From an uncultured Clostridia bacterium (lineage in GTDB: Bacteria > Bacillota > Clostridia > Christensenellales > UBA1242), in contig CALWTD010000007.1 of assembly GCA_944384395.1 (NCBI GenBank), forward strand, positions 3,919-67,918: a DNA stretch of 64,000 nucleotides, in the 5' to 3' direction. This document shows, one piece after another, positions 28,684-38,986 of this stretch. Below the pieces are notes generated by a model, which was not told where the DNA came from, made no database searches, and saw nothing but the letters and a program-made list of their open reading frames with translations. The translations under genes were made by a program, and so were the position numbers. The number at the start of each line of letters is the position of its first letter. Position 1 is the stretch's first letter.

Positions 28684-29390
28684 TGGAATATAAACCATAC
28701 AAAAAAACAGAAAACAAAACAAAAAAAATAATTTTGGGAATAATATTTACAATAATATGTATTCCCATTGTTTTTAGTTTGGGTGTAATTTTTTATTGTA
28801 ATGCGTTTTTAGAATATTATCCAATTTCTGGAACAAGTATGCAACCACTACTTAACGCAAGTGGAAAGGACGAGGACCACGTTTATATAACAACAAACAA
28901 AGAAAATGTTTCGTATGGAGATGTAATAATATACCAAAAAGACGATGATGTTTTAGTTATAAAAAGAGTTATTGCAATGGCTGGCGACAACATTATGATA
29001 AAAGATACGGGAAGAAGACAAGAAAACTCAGCAAACAACTATTATGCGATATATATTCAGTATGGTGGAGAAGGCGAATTTGTTGAACTTGAAGAAGATT
29101 ATATTGAAAACAAAGAATCTTATAAATATTTACGCGACCAATTCTACAACAAAGGAAATTTAACAAATAAAAACTTTTTAACAGATAAAGACGGGAATAA
29201 GTATCTGCACATAGAAGACGATGAAGTTTTTTATTTGGGAGATAACAGATTAAACAGTGAAGATTGCGTTGATTATGGACCAATGAAATACAAAAATATT
29301 GTTGGAGAAGTTGTGTATATTGTTCATGGAAACAATTTAAAAATTATAGAAGTCATTAAACAAATTTTAGGAATATACAAATGGAGATAA
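28683..29390 (+). CDS. lepB: Signal peptidase I
   Basis: N-terminal TM segment, ISGTSMQPLL (catalytic Ser), VIKRVIAMAGD (Lys box) and GDNRLNSEDCVDYGP. TAATG overlap with queH. Confidence 0.85.
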   Translation: MEYKPYKKTENKTKKIILGIIFTIICIPIVFSLGVIFYCNAFLEYYPISGTSMQPLLNASGKDEDHVYITTNKENVSYGDVIIYQKDDDVLVIKRVIAMAGDNIMIKDTGRRQENSANNYYAIYIQYGGEGEFVELEEDYIENKESYKYLRDQFYNKGNLTNKNFLTDKDGNKYLHIEDDEVFYLGDNRLNSEDCVDYGPMKYKNIVGEVVYIVHGNNLKIIEVIKQILGIYKWR

Positions 29391-30448
29391 CAAAATTACA
29401 ACTTTATTCATATAGAAATTACCTTTCTTGTGAGGTAAATTTTGATAGTGGCTTAAACGTAATTTGTGGCAAAAATGCACAGGGCAAAACAAACTTACTT
29501 GAAGCAGTGTACTATTGTGTTGTTGGAAAAAGTTTTAGGGCGTCAAGAGAAAAGGAAGTAATAAATCTTAATAGTGATATTGCAAAAATAAAAGTTTACA
29601 TCAAAAAAGATATTGGAGAAAGCACTGTTGAAATTATTTTTTCAAGAAAACAAAAAAAGACAATTAAAATAAACTCAATTCCAATAAAAAAAATAAGTGA
29701 ACTATTAGGCGAGTTTAACGGTGTATTTTTTTCACCGGACGAACTTAAACTTATAAAAGAAAGCCCCGAAGACAGACGAAGATTTATGGATATAGATATA
29801 TCACAAACAAGCAAACAATATTTTTATTTGTTGTCAAGATATAATCAAATATTACAAAATAGAAACAAACAATTAAAGTCTAATATTGGCTTAGAAGATT
29901 TAAAAAACATAATGAAAATTTGGAATGAACAACTGTCGGAATGTGCATTAAAAATAGTTAGGTTTAGACAAAATTTTGTTATGTCACTTGCACCATTTGC
30001 AAAACAAGCACACAGTTATTTAACCGACGGCAAAGAAGATTTAAGTATTGAGTATGTTGGAATAAAGGAAAACACAAAGCAAGAAATAATAAATGTGCTT
30101 GAAAAAAATTTGGACAAAGATTTGTCGCTTGGTTACACATCATATGGACCACATAGAGATGATATAAAGGTTAGCATAAACAATGTTGATGTGCGAACTT
30201 TTGGCTCGCAAGGTCAACAACGAACTTGTGCACTTTCGCTAAAACTTGCCGAACTTAACATTTTGGAAAATGTAACAAAAACAAAACCAGTTTTACTTTT
30301 GGACGATGTTTTAAGCGAACTTGATGACAATAGAAAAAAAAGACTATTAGAATACTGCAAAAACACACAAACGCTAATTACTTGCACAGAATTTAATTTT
30401 AATATAAATTGCAAAAAAATAACTGTTAAAAATGGAGAAATAGTTTAA
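29381..30448 (+). CDS. recF: DNA replication and repair protein RecF
   Basis: LQLYSYRNY...GKNAQGKTNLLEA (Walker A), GPHRDD, SQGQQRT and LLLDDVLSELD motifs. Confidence 0.92.
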   Translation: MEITKLQLYSYRNYLSCEVNFDSGLNVICGKNAQGKTNLLEAVYYCVVGKSFRASREKEVINLNSDIAKIKVYIKKDIGESTVEIIFSRKQKKTIKINSIPIKKISELLGEFNGVFFSPDELKLIKESPEDRRRFMDIDISQTSKQYFYLLSRYNQILQNRNKQLKSNIGLEDLKNIMKIWNEQLSECALKIVRFRQNFVMSLAPFAKQAHSYLTDGKEDLSIEYVGIKENTKQEIINVLEKNLDKDLSLGYTSYGPHRDDIKVSINNVDVRTFGSQGQQRTCALSLKLAELNILENVTKTKPVLLLDDVLSELDDNRKKRLLEYCKNTQTLITCTEFNFNINCKKITVKNGEIV

Positions 30449-30566
30449 AAATCTTACAATTAAAAAAATATTTGTTCAATATTTTTGTTGAATAAATAAA
30501 TTGTTTAGATGTTTAATGTTTTTAAATAATGTTAGTCGTAATTTGTCAATAAATATAGATATCGAC

Positions 30567-30595
30567 TTGCATTTTTTTTTAGAAACTGATAAAAT
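30567..30595 (+). promoter_or_regulatory. Candidate valS promoter
   Basis: TTGCAT, a 17-nt spacer, then TAAAAT, about 30 nt upstream of the ATG. This leaves no room for a T-box leader. Confidence 0.5.
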
Positions 30596-30624
30596 TACAA
30601 GGCTTAGTGTTTAAAGAGGTAAAA

Positions 30625-33039
30625 ATGTTAGAAAAAAAATATAATTTTAAAGATGTAGAAAAAAAATGGCAAGATTATTGGTATGAAAATGATATATATA
30701 AATTTGATAAAGAAAATAGCAAAAAAAGATATACAATAGACACCCCACCACCAACAGTAAATGGCAAAATTCATATGGGACATTTGTCTTCATATATTCA
30801 CATAGAAGTTATTGCGCGTCACCACAGAATGAAAGGCGAAAATGTTTATTTTCCTTTTGGATTTGATGATAATGGTTTGCCAACAGAAAGATATGTTGAA
30901 AAGAAAATAAACAAAAAAGCATATATGATGCCAAGAGAAACATTTGTAAATATTTGTCTTGAAGAAACAAAAAAACTAGAAGATGAATTTTTTGATTTAT
31001 ACAAAAGGGCAGGGTTTAGTTGTAATTTAAAAGAACATTATTCTTCAATTGCTCCACGAACACAAAAAATTTCACAACAATCTTTTATTGATTTGTACAA
31101 TAAAGGTTTAGTATATCATGCTGAAGCACCAACTCTTTGGTGCACAGAGTGTCAAACAGCTTGTGCGCAATCCGAACTTGATAGCGCATCAATAGAGAGC
31201 ACTTTTAACTATTTAAAGTTTTTTATTTCTGGCACAAACGAATATATAACAGTTGCAACAACAAGACCCGAAATGCTTTGTGGCGTTGTTTGTGTTTTTA
31301 TAAACCCAAATGACGAAAAAAATCAACATTTGTTAAGTAAAAAGTTGGTTGTTCCATATTTTGGTTATGAAGTTCCTGTTCTCGCTGACGAACTTGTTGA
31401 TATGGAAAAAGGTTCGGGCGTTGTTATGTGCTGTACTTTTGGGGACACAGTTGATAAAGAATGGCAAAGAAAACACAAGTTGCCAATAAAGAAATGCTTT
31501 ACTGATAACGGAAGAATGACATCTCTTGCAGGCGAATTTGAGGGATTTAAAATTATTGAAGCACGAAAAGCAGTTATTGAAAAATTAAAAGAAAAAGATT
31601 TACTTATTAAACAAGATGTTATAACGCACGAAGTTTCAACGCATGAGCGTTGTGGAACACCAATAGAAATAAGTGTAAAAAATCAATGGTTTATTGATGT
31701 TTTAAGTCATAAAGACGAATTATATCAAGCAGGTTTAGATTTGAATTGGTATCCAAAAACAATGCGTGCAAGATACTTAAATTGGGTAGAAAATTTATCT
31801 TGGAACTGGTGCATATCACGTCAAAGATATTTCGGCGTACCATTCCCAATTTGGTATTGTAAAAAATGTGGAAAAGTTAAACTTGCAAATATTGAAGATT
31901 TGCCTGTTGACCCATTAAAAGAACAACCAAAAACACCATGTGAATGTGGTTGCACAGAATTTATCGGCGAATCTGATGTAATGGACACTTGGGCAACATC
32001 AAGTTTAACCCCACAAATAAGCACCGATCTTTGCACAAATAAGGGCTTTGATGATGAAATGGTGCCAATGAATTTGCGTCCAAATGCACACGATAATATT
32101 CGTGTTTGGGACTTTTACACAATAACAAAAAGTTTATATCATTTCAAAAAACTTCCATGGACAGATTTAATGATTTCGGGATATGTATTAAGCAGTGATG
32201 GAAGCAAACTTGCAAAATCAAAAAACAACAGTAGCAATAGTCCACAAAACATAATAGATAATTATTCGGCAGATGTTACCAGATATTGGGCAAGCAATTT
32301 GACTTTGGGAAAAGATACCAACTTTTCTTTGGTAGAATTTGACAATGGTAAAAAACTTATAAACAAAATTTGGAATGCTTCAAAATTTGTACTGTCATTT
32401 TTGGAAAATTACACTCCAAAACAAGTTGAACTTGAAATGATGGATAAATGGATTTTGGAAAAATATAAATCTCTTTATCAAAAGTTTACAAAAGCACTAG
32501 ATAAGTATGAAATAGCACTCGCATTAAACGAGCTTGAAAAATTTTTCTGGAATTTTTGTGATAATTATATTGAAATTGTAAAAAGAAGATTATACAATCC
32601 AGACATTTATGGCGAAAGACAATGCGAATCGGCAAAATATGCTTGTTATTATGTTTTGCTTGGAATTTTAAAAATGTTTTCACCTGTTCTTCCACACATA
32701 ACAGAAGAAATATTTATGGATAGTTTTGCAAAAAATGAAGGTCAAAAATCAATTCATGTTTCAGGATATCTCAACATTGGAGAAGATATTGATGAAAGTA
32801 TTATAAAAATGGGTGATGCAGTTGTTGATTGTGTTTCACAAGTAAGACAATTTAAGTCGTTAAACAAACTTTCACTTAAAACATTTATAAAAGATATTGT
32901 AGTATCAAGTAAATACACAAACTTTTTCAAAGCAGTTGAGCCTGATGTTAAAGGTGTTTGCTCTGTAAACGAAATAAAATATGTTGATAGCGATAACTTT
33001 AATGTTGAAATTGGCGAAGTAATAAGTGAAGAAAATTAA
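30625..33039 (+). CDS. valS: Valine--tRNA ligase (short, archaeal-like type)
   Basis: PPPTVNGKIHMGHLSSY (HIGH-like), CTFGDTVDKEWQRKHKLPI and KLAKSKNNS (KMSKS-like) motifs. The ATG at 30625 follows AGAGG. The Val versus other class Ia assignment is from motif memory. Confidence 0.7.
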   Translation: MLEKKYNFKDVEKKWQDYWYENDIYKFDKENSKKRYTIDTPPPTVNGKIHMGHLSSYIHIEVIARHHRMKGENVYFPFGFDDNGLPTERYVEKKINKKAYMMPRETFVNICLEETKKLEDEFFDLYKRAGFSCNLKEHYSSIAPRTQKISQQSFIDLYNKGLVYHAEAPTLWCTECQTACAQSELDSASIESTFNYLKFFISGTNEYITVATTRPEMLCGVVCVFINPNDEKNQHLLSKKLVVPYFGYEVPVLADELVDMEKGSGVVMCCTFGDTVDKEWQRKHKLPIKKCFTDNGRMTSLAGEFEGFKIIEARKAVIEKLKEKDLLIKQDVITHEVSTHERCGTPIEISVKNQWFIDVLSHKDELYQAGLDLNWYPKTMRARYLNWVENLSWNWCISRQRYFGVPFPIWYCKKCGKVKLANIEDLPVDPLKEQPKTPCECGCTEFIGESDVMDTWATSSLTPQISTDLCTNKGFDDEMVPMNLRPNAHDNIRVWDFYTITKSLYHFKKLPWTDLMISGYVLSSDGSKLAKSKNNSSNSPQNIIDNYSADVTRYWASNLTLGKDTNFSLVEFDNGKKLINKIWNASKFVLSFLENYTPKQVELEMMDKWILEKYKSLYQKFTKALDKYEIALALNELEKFFWNFCDNYIEIVKRRLYNPDIYGERQCESAKYACYYVLLGILKMFSPVLPHITEEIFMDSFAKNEGQKSIHVSGYLNIGEDIDESIIKMGDAVVDCVSQVRQFKSLNKLSLKTFIKDIVVSSKYTNFFKAVEPDVKGVCSVNEIKYVDSDNFNVEIGEVISEEN

Positions 33040-33043
33040 AAAT

Positions 33044-33077
33044 AAAAAAAGATAATGAAACTCATTATCTTTTTTTG
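33044..33077. terminator. Bidirectional terminator (valS / acyltransferase)
   Basis: Hairpin AGATAATGA/TCATTATCT with flanking A-run and T-run. Confidence 0.75.
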
Positions 33078-33094
33078 TTTAAATTATTTTATTT

Positions 33095-33931
33095 TTATAT
33101 TAAATTTTTATATTTTTCGTTATATTCTTCTTCGGTTATGTAGTGCCAATATTCAAAACTTTCATGTTCGTCTAAAACTCTTTGCATTGCTTGATGCGTT
33201 TTGTTTAATATATCTAAATTTTGTTCTTTGCCTTTAAGTTCACTGTTTGGATAAATTGGGTCGCAAACATAAACGCTTATTCTTGGACGAGTTCGTAAAA
33301 TTTTTCCGATGCCTTTACTTTTTCTAAAAACCAACACATATGGAATAACGGGTAAATTATTTTTGCAAGCAAAGTGAAATGCTCCAGATTTAAAAGATCG
33401 TAGTTTGTTATAATATGGCCACATACTCGCTTCGGGGAACAGGTGAATAAATCTTTTCTTTTTTAAATAAACATTTACTTGTTTATAAAAATTTATATGT
33501 GCCTTTGTTGTGTCGGGAAGTGGCATCACTCCATAACCTGACAACAATTTTCCTGCAACTGGCACATCAAAATTTTCTTTGTTTGAAATTATGTGCGAAC
33601 GCCTGTTTCCTGCAATAAAATGTGTTGCGATACAAAAATCGACATAGTGAACGTGATTTGAAACAGTTATTGCCCCTGTTTTTATATGTTTTATTTTTTC
33701 CTTACCATAAACTTTTATTCCCAAAAAAACTTTTCCATATATCAAAAAAACAGGTCGAGCAATAAAATAATACAAAACAAATTGCCAAATTTTATAAAAT
33801 ATGTTTTTGTTGTATTTATAATTTTCGTCAACTTTAATTTTTTTCTTTTTTGTTTTGTTAAAAAGAACTTTGTCATCAAAACTAGATGGCATAACAACAA
33901 TATTTTGTTTAGAATAAATTCTTTTTTGCAT
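33095..33931 (-). CDS. Lysophospholipid (1-acyl-sn-glycerol-3-phosphate) acyltransferase family protein
   Basis: SNHVHYVD (HX4D motif) and LFPEASMW. N-terminal TM segment. Confidence 0.75.
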   Translation of the reverse strand: MQKRIYSKQNIVVMPSSFDDKVLFNKTKKKKIKVDENYKYNKNIFYKIWQFVLYYFIARPVFLIYGKVFLGIKVYGKEKIKHIKTGAITVSNHVHYVDFCIATHFIAGNRRSHIISNKENFDVPVAGKLLSGYGVMPLPDTTKAHINFYKQVNVYLKKKRFIHLFPEASMWPYYNKLRSFKSGAFHFACKNNLPVIPYVLVFRKSKGIGKILRTRPRISVYVCDPIYPNSELKGKEQNLDILNKTHQAMQRVLDEHESFEYWHYITEEEYNEKYKNLI

Positions 33932-34062
33932 ACCTATAAAATGGTATAATAAAAACCTAAAAAAGTAAAGTGATTCCTTTTTAAAATTCTTTATAATTGT
34001 AAAATATTTGACATAAAAATATATATGTAATAAACTATAACTAGAATTTTAAGGAGAAAAAT

Positions 34063-35190
34063 ATGGGTTTATTTAGTTTTTTTAAAAAACAACTTTTAAA
34101 GGTTATCGAATGGAAAGATTCTTCAAAAGATACAATAGTTTATCGCTTTCCACTTACAGATAGAGATGAAATCATGACAAGTTCAACACTTGTGGTCAGA
34201 GAGTCGCAAGTTGCAATTTTTGTACATAAAGGTCAAATTGCAGATGTATTCACACCAGGCACATATAAACTTTCAACAGAAAACATTCCTTTTCTAACAA
34301 AAATTTTATCACTTCCAACAGGGTTTGAATCTCCAATCAAAGCCGAAGTTTACTATGTAAACACAAAACAATTTGTTGGACTTAAATGGGGAACACAAAA
34401 TCCTATCATGATGCGTGATAACGAATTTGGAACAATAAGACTTCGTGGCTTTGGTGTTTATTCTTTTAAAGTTGAAGACGCAAAAGTTTTCATGAAAGAA
34501 ATTTTTGGAACAAACGAAGTATATAAAGTTGAAGATGTTGGTTTGCAAATTAGACCAATGCTTATTCAGGCACTCACCGATGCTATTGCAGAAAGTAAAA
34601 TTTCTGCACTTGACCTTGCTGCAAATTATCGTGAATTTTCAAGCGAAGTTTTAACTGCTTCAACAAAAGAGTTTAGTAAATATGGTTTAAAACTTTGTTC
34701 TGTTGTAATTGAAAATCTATCACTTCCAGAAGAAGTTGAAAAAACACTCGACGAGAGAACAAAACTCGGTGTACTTGAAGATAAAATGGGAACATTCACT
34801 CAATATCAAGCAGCACAAGCAATTCGTGATGCAGCACAAAACCCAAGTGGTGGAAATCTTGCCGGACTTGGTGTTGGGCTTGGTGCAGGCACAACAATAG
34901 GTGGTGTTTTTGCAGATAATATAACCACACAAAACAAACCAAAGATAAAAACAACAACTTGCGTTAAATGTGGTGCTCAAATTAAAGAAGGCGCAAAATT
35001 TTGTCCAGAATGTGGTGCAAAACAAGGCGCAGAGTGTCCTGTTTGTCATAAACCTGTTTCAAAAAATGCAAAATTTTGTCCAGAATGTGGAGCAAGTTTA
35101 AAACAAGAAATAAAATGTAAAAAATGCAATGCAACTCTAAAAAAGGGTGCAAAATTTTGCCCAGAATGTGGAACTAAGGTTGAAAAATAA
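34063..35190 (+). CDS. SPFH/band-7 domain protein (YdjI-like) with three C-terminal zinc ribbons
   Basis: VIEWKD...IVYRFP..STLVVRESQVAIFVHKGQI..GTYKLSTENIP.. is COG4260-like SPFH. The C-terminus has 3x CxxC..AKFCPECG. Confidence 0.8.
   Translation: MGLFSFFKKQLLKVIEWKDSSKDTIVYRFPLTDRDEIMTSSTLVVRESQVAIFVHKGQIADVFTPGTYKLSTENIPFLTKILSLPTGFESPIKAEVYYVNTKQFVGLKWGTQNPIMMRDNEFGTIRLRGFGVYSFKVEDAKVFMKEIFGTNEVYKVEDVGLQIRPMLIQALTDAIAESKISALDLAANYREFSSEVLTASTKEFSKYGLKLCSVVIENLSLPEEVEKTLDERTKLGVLEDKMGTFTQYQAAQAIRDAAQNPSGGNLAGLGVGLGAGTTIGGVFADNITTQNKPKIKTTTCVKCGAQIKEGAKFCPECGAKQGAECPVCHKPVSKNAKFCPECGASLKQEIKCKKCNATLKKGAKFCPECGTKVEK
34993..35171 (+). repeat. Three near-identical 23-nt direct repeats inside the CDS (zinc-ribbon knuckles)
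   Basis: GCAAAATTTTG(T/C)CCAGAATGTGG at 34993-35015, 35068-35090 and 35149-35171. Confidence 0.9.
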
Positions 35191-36239
35191 TGACTCAAAC
35201 AAAAATTGAAGCAAATCAAGACAAATGTCAATCTTGTGGTGGAATTTTAAAGTTTTCGCCAGACGATATGGCATTAAAGTGTGTTTCGTGTTCTAATGTT
35301 GAACAAATTGATATAAAAAAAGATATTATAAAACACGATTACGGAAAAGACGAGCAAAAAACAAAAGAGTATAACGATTTTGTAAAACAAAACAAAGTTT
35401 TTAAGTGTAGTAGTTGTGGAAGCAACATTATTTTAAACACGCTTGAAGTAAGCAAAACTTGTCCGTATTGCTCTAGTCCTTGCGTTATAGACAAAACTGA
35501 AAAAATTGGGCTTAAACCAGACGGCATAATTCCGTTTAAATTTGGCAAAGAAAAGGCAAGAGAGTTATATAAAAAAGGAATAAAGAAAAAATGGTTTATT
35601 CCAAATGTGTTTAAAAAAACACCACCAATAGACGAAATGAAAGGTGTTTATGTTCCAACCTTTTCTTTTGATGCAAAAGCCTTTACATCATATCATGGCA
35701 GACTAGGAACAACACGAACAGACTCAAAAGGAAGAAGTTATACAACATATAGAAACATTAGTGGAACATACAACTCACAGCATAGAGATATTCTTGTTGA
35801 AACAAGTTCAAAACTTGACCAATCAACTTTCAATTCAATAAACCCATATAACATGACAGAAGTTATAAGTTTTAATTCTTCATTTATTTTAGGTTATAGC
35901 GTTGAACACTACAACCAAAAACTTGATGCTTGTAAAAGTCTTGCCGACAATATTATGCGAAACAAAATAAAATCACAAATTTTATCGCAATATTCATATG
36001 ACACAGTTGCAAGTTTTTATCAAAACACAACATTTAGTGAAGAAAAATACTCGTATTATATTGTCCCAACATATCAAATAAATTATAAATACAAAGACAA
36101 AAACTACACAACCTTTATGAACGGACAAACGGGCAGGGTTGGAAGTGGTTATCCAAAATCAGCAGTAAAAATAACATTTTTTGTTTTGTTTATACTTGCA
36201 ATCATTGCGGGAATTATTTTAGCATTTTATTTTAGTTAA
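35190..36239 (+). CDS. Double zinc-ribbon protein with a C-terminal TM anchor (YdjG-like)
   Basis: CQSCGG..CVSCSN and CSSCGS..CPYCSS ribbons, IIPFKFGKEKA..GVYVPTFSFD, and C-terminal ITFFVLFILAIIAGIILAFYF. TAATG overlap with the SPFH gene. Confidence 0.7.
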   Translation: MTQTKIEANQDKCQSCGGILKFSPDDMALKCVSCSNVEQIDIKKDIIKHDYGKDEQKTKEYNDFVKQNKVFKCSSCGSNIILNTLEVSKTCPYCSSPCVIDKTEKIGLKPDGIIPFKFGKEKARELYKKGIKKKWFIPNVFKKTPPIDEMKGVYVPTFSFDAKAFTSYHGRLGTTRTDSKGRSYTTYRNISGTYNSQHRDILVETSSKLDQSTFNSINPYNMTEVISFNSSFILGYSVEHYNQKLDACKSLADNIMRNKIKSQILSQYSYDTVASFYQNTTFSEEKYSYYIVPTYQINYKYKDKNYTTFMNGQTGRVGSGYPKSAVKITFFVLFILAIIAGIILAFYFS

Positions 36240-36264
36240 AAACCACTTACAAGTGGTTTTTTAT
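36240..36264 (+). terminator. Rho-independent terminator
   Basis: Hairpin AACCACTT/AAGTGGTT followed by TTTTTATTTT. Confidence 0.7.
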
Positions 36265-36320
36265 TTTGGTATTGAAACATAAAAACTATTGTGATAAAAT
36301 GATTGTGTTTGGAGATTATT

Positions 36321-36881
36321 ATGGACGATAAAATAAAAGCATTAAATATTTTGAATGAATACAAAAACAAATTAAATGAATTAGATGATGAATACGAAAC
36401 TTTAAATAAAAGATATGATGAAATAGAAAGAATTGAAGATAATTTAATTAATAATTTTGTAAACATAAAAAAACCAAGGTTTTCTTACATTATTTTGTTG
36501 GGGCTCTTGAATGGTTTAGGTGTATTTAGTTTACCTTTATTGTTTTTTACTGTACCTAGTTTTGTTTTTTATGTTTCATATTACATAACAAATATAATAA
36601 ACTATAATAACAAGAATAAAGAATTAAATAAGAAAGTTCAAGAATTATTAGATAACAAATTGTCAATTTTACTAGAAAAAGATAAATTAAAAAACAAAAG
36701 GACTTTTATAGAAATCCATATTGATAATTTAAGCAAACTAGTATATTCTAAAAAATCAATATTTAAAGATGTAAATTCTGTTGTTGAATATGCAGAACGA
36801 AATTTAAATATTTTAAAAGAAACAGAACGAGATAATTTAAAAAATAGAGATAACGAAATGGAACAAGAGAAAAATATGTAG
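36321..36881 (+). CDS. Coiled-coil membrane protein (two TM segments)
   Basis: The ATG at 36321 follows GGAG. Coiled-coil segments flank FSYIILLGLLNGLGVFSLPLLFFTVPSFVFYVSYYI. Confidence 0.55.
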   Translation: MDDKIKALNILNEYKNKLNELDDEYETLNKRYDEIERIEDNLINNFVNIKKPRFSYIILLGLLNGLGVFSLPLLFFTVPSFVFYVSYYITNIINYNNKNKELNKKVQELLDNKLSILLEKDKLKNKRTFIEIHIDNLSKLVYSKKSIFKDVNSVVEYAERNLNILKETERDNLKNRDNEMEQEKNM

Positions 36882-36913
36882 AAATGCATAGTGATAAATA
36901 AATTTTAATTTTT

Positions 36914-36940
36914 AAAAATATCCACAATGGATATTTTTTT
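36914..36940 (+). terminator. Rho-independent terminator
   Basis: Hairpin AATATCCA/TGGATATT followed by a T-run. Confidence 0.7.
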
Positions 36941-37003
36941 ATTGCGTAATTTTTTAAAAAAAACACTTTCTTTATATACTATACTATGTTATAATACTAT
37001 TAG

Positions 37004-38971
<1,968 letters not shown>

Positions 38972-38986
38972 TAAAAGGAAAGAAAA

